A stretch of DNA of 64,000 nucleotides from Synechococcales cyanobacterium VAR_4_metabat_354 (GTDB lineage Bacteria; Cyanobacteriota; Cyanobacteriia; Cyanobacteriales; Chamaesiphonaceae). The translations under genes and the position numbers were made by a program. Below, piece by piece: positions 35,431 through 45,478 of the stretch. The first letter of the stretch is position 1. Each line of letters opens with the position of its first letter. The notes below the pieces were generated by a model that was given only the letters and a program-made list of their open reading frames with translations, was not told the origin of the DNA and ran no database searches. Location: positions 224,001-288,000 of the forward strand of contig JANOQI010000062.1 in assembly GCA_031414775.1 (NCBI GenBank), given 5' to 3'.

Positions 35431-36297
35431 TTACCTTACTACTGGTTGATGAAAACGGATTAACTGCGCCAACGTCTGGCGCAGCTTCGGACGCGACACA
35501 ATCATATCCACAAATCCGTGCTCAAAATAATATTCAGAAGTCTGGAAATTATCGGGCAACTTTTCACGCACCGTTTGCTCAATCACCCGCCGACCCGAAA
35601 AGCCGATCGTCGCCTTTGGCTCGGCCACAATAATATCACCCAGCATTGCAAAGCTAGCAATTACCCCGCCCGTGGTGGGATTAGTCAAAACTGGAATATA
35701 CAACAACTTCGCTTCTTGATGACGCGCCAGCGCCGCCGAAATCTTGGCCATTTGCATCAGGCTGAGCATTCCTTCCTGCATCCGAGCACCGCCCGAAGCA
35801 CAAACAATGATTGCTGGTATTTGCAGTTGAGTACACTGCTCCAGCATTCGCGCTAGCTTTTCGCCCACCACCGAACCCATACTACCGCCCATAAAGCGGA
35901 AATCCATTACTCCCAAGCCAACTTTTTGACCCTCCATCTCACCAAGGCCAGTGGTCACAGCATCAATCAAACCGGTTTTTTCTTGATTTTCCTTGAGTTG
36001 CTCGCTATAAGCTTTGCGGGCAAAAAACTTGAGAGGGTCGGTGGGGTGGATTTGTTCATCCAAGGATTGCCAAGTACCGCCATCAATTAACTGATGAACT
36101 CGCTCTTCGCTGGTAATTCGCTGGTGATGTCCGCATTCGAGGCAAACCATCTGATTGGCTTTTAAGTCTTTGCTGTAGGCGATCGCCGCGCAACTGCCAC
36201 ATTTAGCCCACAGTCCATCAGCAATTTCTCGTTCTTGCTGCGGTTGAATTGCGGGGTCAGTTTTTTGGCGATTGGCGAACCAGTCAATGAGGGTCAT
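35431..36297 (-). CDS. accD: Acetyl-CoA carboxylase carboxyltransferase beta subunit
   Basis: C4 zinc finger, [21 protein letters not shown] and PTTGGV motifs. Confidence 0.97.
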   Translation of the reverse strand: MTLIDWFANRQKTDPAIQPQQEREIADGLWAKCGSCAAIAYSKDLKANQMVCLECGHHQRITSEERVHQLIDGGTWQSLDEQIHPTDPLKFFARKAYSEQLKENQEKTGLIDAVTTGLGEMEGQKVGLGVMDFRFMGGSMGSVVGEKLARMLEQCTQLQIPAIIVCASGGARMQEGMLSLMQMAKISAALARHQEAKLLYIPVLTNPTTGGVIASFAMLGDIIVAEPKATIGFSGRRVIEQTVREKLPDNFQTSEYYFEHGFVDMIVSRPKLRQTLAQLIRFHQPVVR

Positions 36298-36370
36298 AAG
36301 CTTTCAATTTGAATGCGGTGGAGTGAAAACAGACTGTCAAATATTATCGCTTGTTTCGCAACTTCCTGGA

Positions 36371-37762
36371 TCAAGATCGTTTTGGAGCTGTGCTGCTGGC
36401 GGTGAGGTGATGAAAACGCCAAACAAATGCCAGGGCGGCAATCGCTACTCCGATCGATTGGCCCATCCATAAACCAACGCCCCCTAAAGGAGTGTGAAAA
36501 CCCAGCAGATAGCCGCTGGTGAGACCCACTCCCCAAAAAGCGACTAAGCTCAACAGCGTTGGTATTTTGGTATCTTGCAACCCGTAGAGCGCCCCGATCG
36601 CGATTTTTTGTAGCCCATCAATGATTTGCGCTACAGCAGCGATTTGCAATATTGGTTTGGTTGCCGCGATCACCGCAGCGTTCTGGGGATTGGACAAGTC
36701 GAGATAAAAGCCAATAATTTGACCGGGGAAAACTAGGAAAGCGATCGCGAGGATGGTCATACATCCAGCGCCCATCACTAAGCTAACCCGACCAGCCCGT
36801 CTGATTCCACGACGATCATGTTTTCCCCACCATTGCGCGACGCGGATAGTAGCAGATTGAGACATTCCTAAGGGCACCATGAAAGTGATCGTCACCGTTT
36901 GAAAAACAATTTGGTGGGCAGCCAACAGGTTAGTGCCCAACAGTCCCATCAGGTAAGTGATGGTCGTAAATAAACCAAATTCTAAGGTGATGGATAAGCC
37001 GATCGGTAGACCCAGCCAAAATATTTCTTTAAAAACTGGGAAATGCAGTGGTGGCCAAGCATGGAGCAGTCGATATTTTTGTAATGCTTGATTTTTCCAT
37101 ATGTAGACCAAGAGTGCTAGAAACATCATCCAGAGTGCAAACACACTAGAGATGGCCAAGCCAGCAATTTCTAGTCGGGGAAACCCCAACTTACCAAAGC
37201 CTAGAACATAGTTACCTAGTACATTAAGAATGGTGCCGCCGCCCATAATCATCATCACCGGGCGCACTTCAGACAGAGCTGATATCACACTGCGCAACAG
37301 GGCAAATCCCAAGGCTGGGAATAAACCCCACTGCATAATATCGAGATAAGTATTACCTAAAACCACGGTGTTTTCGGCCTGTCCCCACTGGAGCATCAAC
37401 ACTTCTACATGGGCAACACACCACATGTTCGGAATAGTGAGACCCAAAACTAACCAATAGCCTTGACCCACTACTTGGGTAATTCGATCTTTTTGACCAG
37501 CGCCGTCAGCGGCAGCCACGATCGGACTAACACCGATCACCACGCCGACTGCTGTAAACAAAAAGATGGTGAAAGTCATAGAGGCCAGCCCACCTGCTGC
37601 CAATGTTTCTGGTCCCAGCCGCCCCATCATTAGGGTATCAGCCAAGCCGATCGCCGATTGGGCTAGTTGGGCGCTAATTAAGGGAATCGCTAGTTTTAGA
37701 AACTCCTGGATTTCGATTTTAATTTCTTTGGGGAGATGTGAGCGAGACCAGCCAAAATTCAT
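36371..37762 (-). CDS. MATE family efflux transporter
   Basis: LAIP, DTLMMGRLG, LAAHQI and QIIDG motifs; many TM helices; start uncertain. Confidence 0.92.
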   Translation of the reverse strand: MNFGWSRSHLPKEIKIEIQEFLKLAIPLISAQLAQSAIGLADTLMMGRLGPETLAAGGLASMTFTIFLFTAVGVVIGVSPIVAAADGAGQKDRITQVVGQGYWLVLGLTIPNMWCVAHVEVLMLQWGQAENTVVLGNTYLDIMQWGLFPALGFALLRSVISALSEVRPVMMIMGGGTILNVLGNYVLGFGKLGFPRLEIAGLAISSVFALWMMFLALLVYIWKNQALQKYRLLHAWPPLHFPVFKEIFWLGLPIGLSITLEFGLFTTITYLMGLLGTNLLAAHQIVFQTVTITFMVPLGMSQSATIRVAQWWGKHDRRGIRRAGRVSLVMGAGCMTILAIAFLVFPGQIIGFYLDLSNPQNAAVIAATKPILQIAAVAQIIDGLQKIAIGALYGLQDTKIPTLLSLVAFWGVGLTSGYLLGFHTPLGGVGLWMGQSIGVAIAALAFVWRFHHLTASSTAPKRS

Positions 37763-37887
37763 GAAAACTCGTGGAGGCGGATTGTTTGTTGAGCTTGAAA
37801 ATGCATCACCCAGATTCCCGGTGTATTCTAGTAGAGACATGGGCTGTGCATCCGGCCTTTACAATGAATCACTAATGAGCCGAGTTC

Positions 37888-39300
37888 ATGAATCCAGAAA
37901 CATTGGCGAAATTACGAGACTACTGTCGAGATGACGCAGCTTTTGAGCAGCTCACTCAGGCTTTGCAGGCTGAGTTTCAACCGCTTCAGCAAGCGATCGA
38001 TCAAGCTGGGCAGCAGCAAACGCTGTTTCGGGTAATTGGTCGCATTCGGGAATCTTTAGACTTAGAAACGATTTTTCAGACCACTGCGATCGAAGTGCGT
38101 CAGCTTTTACAGGCTGATCGAGTAGGAATGTTTCGGTTCCATCCAGATACGGGCTGGGATGATGGCGAATTTGTGTCTGAAGACGTTGATTCAGCCTTCT
38201 CATCGGCCATTGCCCACAAAATCCATGATCATTGCTTTGGTGATCAGTTTGCCGTTCATTACGAGCAAGGACGGATTCAGGCAGTAGCTGATATTCACCA
38301 TGCCGGTTTAAGCGAATGTCACATTCAGATTCTATCGCAATTTCAGGTGCGTGCTAACTTGGCGGTGCCTCTCTTACAAGGCCGAAAATTGTGGGGACTA
38401 CTTTGTATTCATCAATGTTCTGCGCCTCGGCAGTGGCAGCCGATCGAGATTGAATTTGTTGGTCAGATCGCCAACCACCTCGGAGCTGCCCTCCAACACG
38501 CCGAACTGCTGACCGAGCTGCGGATCGAAGTGGCTGAGAGGAAACAAGCTCAAGAGCAAGCCCAAGCCCTGAATCAAGGACTGCGCCAAGCGGTCATTGA
38601 ACTTAAGGCTGTCAACCACGAACTAGAATCTTTTAGCTATTCTGTTTCCCATGATTTGCGCGCACCTTTACGCAGCGTTGATGGTTTTAGTCAGGCACTG
38701 TTAGAAGACTGCTCCGAGCAATTGGATGCCTCTGGCCAAAACTATCTCCAGCGCATTCGCGCCGCCACTCAGCGGATGGGTAATTTAATCGACGATTTGC
38801 TGACCCTCTCGCGGGTGATTCGCAGCGATATTCGGATTGAATCGGTTAATCTCAGCCGGTTAGCCAGCAATATCTGTGCCGAGTTTCAGCGGACTCAGAT
38901 CGATCGACAGATCGAGTTTGTAATTAAACCAGGCTTACTGGCCAGCGGCGATGAACGGTTACTACAAGTAGTACTAGAAAATTTATTGAACAACGCTGTC
39001 AAATTTACCTCCAAGCATTCTCAGGCTAGAATTGAACTGGGTACGATCGTTCAGGAAGACGGCAGTTTGGTTTACTTCGTGCGGGATGATGGGGTCGGAT
39101 TCGATATGAACTATGCTGATAAATTGTTTAGCCCCTTTCAGCGCTTGCACGGGATGCAAGAATTTCAGGGTAATGGCATTGGACTGGCTACCGTCCAGCG
39201 AGTGATCAGGCGGCATGGTGGCCGGGTTTGGGCAGAAAGTGCTGTCGAGGGTGGGGCAACGTTTTACTTTACGTTGGCCGCCGAGGAAATAAACTCATGA
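37888..39300 (+). CDS. Cyanobacteriochrome (DXCF-type GAF) sensor histidine kinase
   Basis: GAF with DHCF and the conserved CH (LSECHI); kinase with SYSVSHDLRAPLR, DDGVG and GIGLA. Confidence 0.88.
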   Translation: MNPETLAKLRDYCRDDAAFEQLTQALQAEFQPLQQAIDQAGQQQTLFRVIGRIRESLDLETIFQTTAIEVRQLLQADRVGMFRFHPDTGWDDGEFVSEDVDSAFSSAIAHKIHDHCFGDQFAVHYEQGRIQAVADIHHAGLSECHIQILSQFQVRANLAVPLLQGRKLWGLLCIHQCSAPRQWQPIEIEFVGQIANHLGAALQHAELLTELRIEVAERKQAQEQAQALNQGLRQAVIELKAVNHELESFSYSVSHDLRAPLRSVDGFSQALLEDCSEQLDASGQNYLQRIRAATQRMGNLIDDLLTLSRVIRSDIRIESVNLSRLASNICAEFQRTQIDRQIEFVIKPGLLASGDERLLQVVLENLLNNAVKFTSKHSQARIELGTIVQEDGSLVYFVRDDGVGFDMNYADKLFSPFQRLHGMQEFQGNGIGLATVQRVIRRHGGRVWAESAVEGGATFYFTLAAEEINS

Positions 39301-39746
39301 GCGACAGCATTAACACCAAAAGTATTTTGTTGGTAGAAGACAATCCTGATGACGAAGCTTTGGCGATTCGGGCGCTCAAACGCCATCATATCAGTAATGA
39401 GATTGTGGTAGCGCGAGATGGCGTTGAAGCCCTAGACTATCTGTTTGCTAGAGGCGTACATACTGGACGCGATACCAGTAGCAAGCCCACTGTAGTGTTA
39501 CTCGATCTCAAGCTGCCCCGAGTCGATGGCTTAGAGGTGCTGCGTCAGTTACGGGCAGACGATCGTACCCGCTTGTTACCAGTAGTGGTATTGACCACCT
39601 CTAGTGAAGAACAAGATATGCTAAGTAGTTATAGTCTTGGTTGTAATAGTTATATTCGTAAGCCAGTAGATTTCATCCAGTTTTCGGAGGCAATTCGGCA
39701 ACTAGGAATGTATTGGCTATTAATCAATGAAGCACCACCACTTTAG
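39297..39746 (+). CDS. Rcp1-like single-domain response regulator
   Basis: LLVEDNPDD, LLDLKLPRVDG, LTTS and NSYIRKP motifs; ATGA overlap with kinase. Confidence 0.92.
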   Translation: MSDSINTKSILLVEDNPDDEALAIRALKRHHISNEIVVARDGVEALDYLFARGVHTGRDTSSKPTVVLLDLKLPRVDGLEVLRQLRADDRTRLLPVVVLTTSSEEQDMLSSYSLGCNSYIRKPVDFIQFSEAIRQLGMYWLLINEAPPL

Positions 39747-39773
39747 CCAAAAGTCTATAGGAGACGACTTAAG

Positions 39774-41711
39774 ATGAATCTTCGTGATCTGCGAGTTTTG
39801 ATTGTTGAGGATTCGGAAGACGATATGTTTCTGACCCTGCGCGCCTTGCGGCGGGGTGGCTATAATCCAGACTATGTGAGGGTGGATACGCCATTGGCGA
39901 TGCAGACGGCTCTTGAACAAGAATCGTGGGATGTCGTAATTGCTGACTACACCTTGCCAGCTTTTAGTGCCCCTGATGCTCTAAAGCTGTTGCAAAGCCA
40001 GCAGCAAGATTTGCCTTTTATTATTGTTTCGGGCACCATCGGCGAAGAAGTAGCCGTGGCGGCCATGAAATCTGGCGCTCATGATTATTTAATTAAAGGT
40101 CATTTGGCTCGCTTAGTACCGGCAGTGGAGCGAGAATTACGAGAGGCTGCCGAACGGCAAAAACAACGCCAAACTCTACAGGCTCTACTAGATACTGAGC
40201 AAAAAATTCGGGAACAAGCGGCGCTCATCAATATTGCTTCGGATGCGATTTTTGTCTGTGATTTGGCCAACAATATTATCTTTTGGAATCACGGCGCTCA
40301 GCGGCTGTACGGTTGGACGGCTGAGGAAGTTTTAGGGAAGAATGCATCTTCTCTTTTATACCGAGAACTACTGCCGCCAGGAGCTGCAATTCCGCCAGCG
40401 GTGTTTGCCGTCGGGGAATGGCAAGGAGAATTGCACAAAATCAACAAAAATGATCTGCGGGTGATTGTGGCAACTCGGTTAACTCTGGTGCGGGATGGTG
40501 CTGGAGAACCCTATCAGGTTCTTTCCGTTGATACTGATATCACTGAGAAAAAACAACTAGAAGCTCAATTCTTACGGGTGCAAAGGCTAGAAAGCCTGGG
40601 TACCTTGGCCAGCGGCATTGCCCACGATTTCAACAATATTTTGACCCCGATTTTAGCGATCGCCCAAACGATGTCGGTAAAATCCGATTACAGCAATGAC
40701 CAACGCCGACATCTGTTAAAAGTGATTGAAGACAGTGCCAAACGCGGCGCTGGATTGGTCAAGCAAATTTTGGCCTTTGCCCAAGGAGCTGAAGGGGAAC
40801 GAGCACCTTTGCAAGTCCGTCACTTGTTATCGGAGATGGTACAGGTGGCGCGTCAGACTTTTCCGAAAACTATAGAAATTAGTACTGATATTCCCACTAA
40901 TGATCTGTGGACAGTGGCGGCTGATGCTACTCAGCTACATCAAGTGTTGATGAATCTCTGTGTCAATGCCCGGGATGCGATGCCGAAGGGTGGGACACTC
41001 AGTCTAGCCGTGGAAAATAAACTAATCGATGAGTCCTATGCTCGTTTGAATTTGGAAGCGCACACTGGTGCCCATGTGGTGATCACGATTATGGATACAG
41101 GTATGGGTATTGCGGCTGAATTGCTCGATCGCATTTTTGATCCTTTTTTCACAACCAAGGCACTGGGCAAAGGAACGGGGCTAGGTCTTTCCACAGTTTT
41201 GGGGATTGTGAAAAATCATGGTGGTTTTGTCAAAGTTTATAGTGAAATTGGTAATGGTACTCAATTCAAAGTGTATCTACCAGCGATCGAAGATAATATT
41301 ATTACAGCCCTTGACGATCGATCATTAGTGAGTGGCCACCAAGAGTTGATTTTAATTGTGGACGATGAGCCACTAATTCAGCAAGTGACTCAAGTGGCTT
41401 TAGAACTCAGCAACTATCGCACTTTGTTGGCCAGTGATGGCCGGGAGGCGATCGAACTCTATCGTCAACACCACGATGAAATCAGCTTGGTGTTAATGGA
41501 TAGCATGATGCCATCAATGGATGGTTTGACGGCTTGCTACGCTTTGCAGCAGCTGAATCCACTCGTGCGGATCGTGGCCACTAGTGGTTTGACTTCTAAT
41601 AGTTTATTTACCCAAGGAGCTAATATTGGGGTGCAGGCATTTTTAGCTAAGCCTTATTCGATCGAAGATTTGTTGGACACACTTCAGCAAGTTCTCCAGA
41701 CCATTGACTAA
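39774..41711 (+). CDS. Hybrid histidine kinase (REC-PAS-HisKA-HATPase-REC)
   Basis: N-terminal receiver, PAS (WNHGAQRLYGW), GIAHDFNN, NLCVNARDA, FFTTK, GTGLGL, C-terminal receiver. Confidence 0.92.
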   Translation: MNLRDLRVLIVEDSEDDMFLTLRALRRGGYNPDYVRVDTPLAMQTALEQESWDVVIADYTLPAFSAPDALKLLQSQQQDLPFIIVSGTIGEEVAVAAMKSGAHDYLIKGHLARLVPAVERELREAAERQKQRQTLQALLDTEQKIREQAALINIASDAIFVCDLANNIIFWNHGAQRLYGWTAEEVLGKNASSLLYRELLPPGAAIPPAVFAVGEWQGELHKINKNDLRVIVATRLTLVRDGAGEPYQVLSVDTDITEKKQLEAQFLRVQRLESLGTLASGIAHDFNNILTPILAIAQTMSVKSDYSNDQRRHLLKVIEDSAKRGAGLVKQILAFAQGAEGERAPLQVRHLLSEMVQVARQTFPKTIEISTDIPTNDLWTVAADATQLHQVLMNLCVNARDAMPKGGTLSLAVENKLIDESYARLNLEAHTGAHVVITIMDTGMGIAAELLDRIFDPFFTTKALGKGTGLGLSTVLGIVKNHGGFVKVYSEIGNGTQFKVYLPAIEDNIITALDDRSLVSGHQELILIVDDEPLIQQVTQVALELSNYRTLLASDGREAIELYRQHHDEISLVLMDSMMPSMDGLTACYALQQLNPLVRIVATSGLTSNSLFTQGANIGVQAFLAKPYSIEDLLDTLQQVLQTID

Positions 41712-41728
41712 CAGCCTATAATTTCCAG

Positions 41729-42154
41729 ATGATGACAACTCTAGCCGCCGAAGAAATCCTGTGGGACTTGAAAGATCTCGATCAAACAGCCACCACCCAG
41801 CAACGTACTGAAATTCAGGCCGCTCTGCAAACTCTTACCGCTGCCGCCGACTATCACATTTTTGGCGTGTGTGCTGAGCAGCAATCAGCTGGACTACAAG
41901 CATTGCAGGGCTACGCCCAGTATTTTGGCTATGTGCTGACTACGGCGATGGGGCAAGAGCTACCGCAGATCGCTGGCGCGGTATATCTAAAATTCAATCC
42001 TCGATCGCAACGTCTTTACGTTGATACTTACAATGGCAACTATCGTGGTGTGTTAGTTTCTTTTCAGTCCGATGTAGCTGATGGCTATGGCGGTACTCAC
42101 GGTCATTTCCCCTTAGACCTATTCGCTGGCAAAAGAGAAAGCTCTGCCATCTAA
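41729..42154 (+). CDS. DUF1824 family protein
   Basis: IFGVCA, VYLKFN, YRGVLVS and HGHFPLDLF motifs. Confidence 0.8.
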   Translation: MMTTLAAEEILWDLKDLDQTATTQQRTEIQAALQTLTAAADYHIFGVCAEQQSAGLQALQGYAQYFGYVLTTAMGQELPQIAGAVYLKFNPRSQRLYVDTYNGNYRGVLVSFQSDVADGYGGTHGHFPLDLFAGKRESSAI

Positions 42155-42199
42155 TAGCAGAGCCTTTCCTAGTATCAACAAATCAAAATACTACTAAAT

Positions 42200-44374
42200 C
42201 TATTTGATAAATAGCATTTCTTGATAAGTTGGTAGCGGCCAAGCCTGGTCGGAGACTTCCCCTTCCAAAGCATCCACAGATTGCCGCAATTCGTCCATCG
42301 CCGGCCGAATCACTTGGGCACAGTGCTGCATATGCTCCTCCACCGAGGCAAAGTCGTGTTGATGAGTAGCAGTGCTGAGTTTATCAACAGCCTGATTCAT
42401 CACATTGGTCAAACCAGCAATCTTTTCAGCGCTGCTTTTGTCCAACTCAATCCCCACATCTTTTAGGTGTTTGATAGTGCCAGCTAGTTCAGACAAATAC
42501 TCCACAGCTGCGGGGTAGACCACGGTCTTGGCTAGGCTAGTTGCGAGCCGCGATTCTACTTCGATCGATAGAATGTACTGCTCGGCATAAGTCTCAAAGC
42601 GACTAGCCAATTCAACAGCTGACAGTACTCCAGTCTTAGTGAATAGGTCTTGAATGTAGCCTTCCTTCAAGACTGGTAAAGCATCCGCCGTAGTGCGTAA
42701 GTTAGCCAAACCTCGTTCTTCCACGGCCATTTTGTGCCATTCTGCCGAATAACCATTGCCGTTGAAAATTATGGCATCATGATTGTCCATGACTTCCTTA
42801 AGGATTTGGTGAACAGCCGTATTGATGCTTGCTCCACCAGACAAGGCACTAGATAGCTTGTCTGCCATCCATTCCAACGAATCGGCCAAGATCGTGTTCA
42901 TGGCCACCAAGGGACCTGCTACCGACTGATTGGAGCCGACTGCCCGGAACTCAAAGCGGTTGCCAGTAAAAGCAAAGGGTGAAGTCCGGTTGCGATCGCC
43001 AGCATCTTTGAGTAATAGAGGTAGAGCATCAACACCCAAGTGCATGGAGCCGCTGGTCTGGGAGCTAGTTACGTCGCCACGCTTTAGCTGTTGGAATACA
43101 TCATCTATTTGTGAACCCAAATAAATAGACATGATGGCCGGCGGTGCTTCGTTAGCACCCAAGCGGTGGTCGTTACCAGCTGTCGCAATTACCGCCCGCA
43201 AGAGTGATCCATACTTGTGAATGCCCCGAATGACCGCCCCACAAAATACCAGAAACTGCAAGTTGGTATGCGGCTCATCGCCGGGATCGAGCAAGTTGCC
43301 CTGGGTGGAGTTGCCCACCGACCAGTTGACATGTTTACCGGAGCCGTTGATGCCAGCAAAGGGTTTTTCATGGAGCAAGCAAGCCATACCGTGTTTTTTG
43401 GCAGTTACCCGCAGAACGGTCATAATCATCTGCTGGTGGTCGGTAGCTACGTTGGCCGCTTCATAATACGGAGCGATTTCAAACTGGCCAGGTGCTACTT
43501 CGTTATGTCTGGTTTTGGCTGGAATGCCGAGTCGATAAAGTTGTTCTTCGACATCTTGCATATACACCTGCACCCGCTCTGGAATTACGCCAAAGTAGTG
43601 GTCATCAAACTGTTGACCCTTGGCTGGTGCTTTGCCAAATAGCGTTCTGCCGGCCAGCATTAAATCTGGGCGACTGGTGATAAAACTAGCATCTACTAAG
43701 AAGTACTCTTGTTCGGCACCACAGCTGGAGTTGACTGTCGCTACTTCGGTGTTGCCTAGCAGTTTCAAGACCTTAATCGCTGCCTTGCTCATGGTTGCAT
43801 TGGAGCGCAACAAAGGTGTTTTCTTGTCGAGAGCTTCACCAGTCCAAGAGATAAAGACGGTGGGAATGCAAAGGGTGACACCATTATCAGTGCGCATCAC
43901 ATAAGCTGGACTGCTCACATCCCAAGCCGTGTAGCCCCGAGCTTCAAAGGTCGATCGAATGCCGCCATTCGGGAAAGATGACCCATCTGGTTCACCCTGT
44001 ACCAACAGTTTGCCCGCAAATTCGGAAATAGCGGTGCCATCACTTTGTACCGAAATAAAACCATCATGCTTCTCGGCGGTGGCGTTAGTTAAAGGGTAGA
44101 AAACGTGAGCGTAATAAAGTGCGCCCTTGGACATTGCCCAGTCTTTCATCGCTGATGCCACCACATCAGCGATGGAGTGGTCGAGCTGCTCGCCATTCTG
44201 GATCGTCTTCTTCAGAGATTTAAAGACATCCTTGGGCAGACGCTCTTGCATTTTGGCGAGACCGAAGACGTCTGTTGCCCAAATATTTTCCAGCTTGGCT
44301 GGCTTTTTCGGAGGCATCGGTGCTCTCTGTGAGATCTGATAAATTGCCTGAAGGCGAGACTTATTTCCACTCAT
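42200..44374 (-). CDS. glnN: Glutamine synthetase type III
   Basis: AEKHD, GEPDGSSFP, TFEARGYTAWD, HNEVAPGQFE, HEKPFAGINGSGKH and DRNRTSPFAFTGNRFEFR motifs. Confidence 0.97.
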   Translation of the reverse strand: MSGNKSRLQAIYQISQRAPMPPKKPAKLENIWATDVFGLAKMQERLPKDVFKSLKKTIQNGEQLDHSIADVVASAMKDWAMSKGALYYAHVFYPLTNATAEKHDGFISVQSDGTAISEFAGKLLVQGEPDGSSFPNGGIRSTFEARGYTAWDVSSPAYVMRTDNGVTLCIPTVFISWTGEALDKKTPLLRSNATMSKAAIKVLKLLGNTEVATVNSSCGAEQEYFLVDASFITSRPDLMLAGRTLFGKAPAKGQQFDDHYFGVIPERVQVYMQDVEEQLYRLGIPAKTRHNEVAPGQFEIAPYYEAANVATDHQQMIMTVLRVTAKKHGMACLLHEKPFAGINGSGKHVNWSVGNSTQGNLLDPGDEPHTNLQFLVFCGAVIRGIHKYGSLLRAVIATAGNDHRLGANEAPPAIMSIYLGSQIDDVFQQLKRGDVTSSQTSGSMHLGVDALPLLLKDAGDRNRTSPFAFTGNRFEFRAVGSNQSVAGPLVAMNTILADSLEWMADKLSSALSGGASINTAVHQILKEVMDNHDAIIFNGNGYSAEWHKMAVEERGLANLRTTADALPVLKEGYIQDLFTKTGVLSAVELASRFETYAEQYILSIEVESRLATSLAKTVVYPAAVEYLSELAGTIKHLKDVGIELDKSSAEKIAGLTNVMNQAVDKLSTATHQHDFASVEEHMQHCAQVIRPAMDELRQSVDALEGEVSDQAWPLPTYQEMLFIK

Positions 44375-44414
44375 TGCTTTTTTTAAATACGTGTTGATAC
44401 ATGAACTCTACATG

Positions 44415-44468
44415 ATCGTATTGACAATTCAGACTAGCATTCCGTATCTTCCGATACGGAATGCTAGT
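44415..44468 (-). promoter_or_regulatory. NtcA-activated promoter of glnN embedded in a perfect palindrome
   Basis: GTA-N8-TAC at 44444-44457, then 23 nt, then TACGAT (-10) on the minus strand at 44420-44415. Confidence 0.85.
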
Positions 44469-44597
44469 AGCTGACTATTTCTTAATTCTTCCTTAAGTGT
44501 TTTAAAACTAGTCTGGGCTATCAACTCACCTAAAAAATTAACTTGTTAAAAATAGCTATTTCGTTCTAGTTGGAGTGAGATCATGCGGAAATTACTG

Positions 44598-44637
44598 ACT
44601 TTTTCTCACTGACAGATGAAATTTATCACATTATTGT
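44598..44637 (+). promoter_or_regulatory. Putative promoter with shared ACTTTTTCTYACTGACA motif (copy 3)
   Basis: ACTTTTTCTCACTGACA at 44598-44614; CTGACA-N17-TATTGT. Confidence 0.6.
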
Positions 44638-44743
44638 TACTTCCATATTGCATCCTCATCCTTTTTGCTAGATGTACAATTCTAGCGGTTGTGTCGGGTG
44701 TGAGGGTAAATCATCATTTAAGTAAAAATAAAGTGTTGAAGAG

Positions 44744-45478
44744 ATGAATACAAGTTCTGAGGGACTCTACCTGACGCTATTTCAGCGTCAACTGCTACAG
44801 GAGAACATCCAAAAAGATTTGCCCAGATCCTATCGGCAACGACTGGAAATAATATTGCTGACTGATAACGGCAAAACTCAAGCAGAAATCTGCCGCATGA
44901 TTGGGTGTTGCACATCGACAGCTAGTCGTTGGATTCAGCTAACCAAAGCGGGCTTGGCTCATAACTATTTAGATTGTCCGGTGGGTCGCCCCAAAATTGT
45001 GACTGATGAATACATCGAACTACTGCGAGAGTTGCTCCAGCACAGTCCTAGAGATTATGGTTACCCTTTTAGAACTTGGACAGTGAGTTGGCTAGGTAAA
45101 CATATCACCAAAGTAATGGGCATTGAAGTCAGTGAGAGCCACCTGAAGCGGGTGATGCGCGATTTAGGATTGTCTACTCGATTACCGAAATCACAGCCAG
45201 AGAAGTATAAACAACCGGGAGCCAACATCTTTATTGCTGATTTACCCCAGACTGCTGATGTGCCCAGACTCATTTCTGGCGATCCAGCAAGATCTACTGA
45301 TGGCGATAATCACAGATCCATCTGCGATGAACGAGCAGAAAGCGAATTATCAGAATCCAACTTGCGTCAAATTAGAACAGAGCACCAGATTTATGGCTCA
45401 GCATCATCTTTCACAACTTATTTCTTCCCAGCAGCTCGAAGAGGTTTTTCATATTACGCTCACCCCTGCCGAGTATAA
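44744..45478 (+). CDS. Helix-turn-helix protein resembling the IS630 transposase N-terminal DNA-binding region (no DDE domain)
   Basis: RLEIILL, TASRW, GRPK, SPRDYGY...WT..WL and SHLKRVMRDLG motifs. Confidence 0.75.
   Translation: MNTSSEGLYLTLFQRQLLQENIQKDLPRSYRQRLEIILLTDNGKTQAEICRMIGCCTSTASRWIQLTKAGLAHNYLDCPVGRPKIVTDEYIELLRELLQHSPRDYGYPFRTWTVSWLGKHITKVMGIEVSESHLKRVMRDLGLSTRLPKSQPEKYKQPGANIFIADLPQTADVPRLISGDPARSTDGDNHRSICDERAESELSESNLRQIRTEHQIYGSASSFTTYFFPAARRGFSYYAHPCRV

Noticed and set aside
44744..45478. Active IS630 insertion sequence
   Set aside because: No DDE catalytic domain or terminal inverted repeats; the ORF runs into the transporter gene
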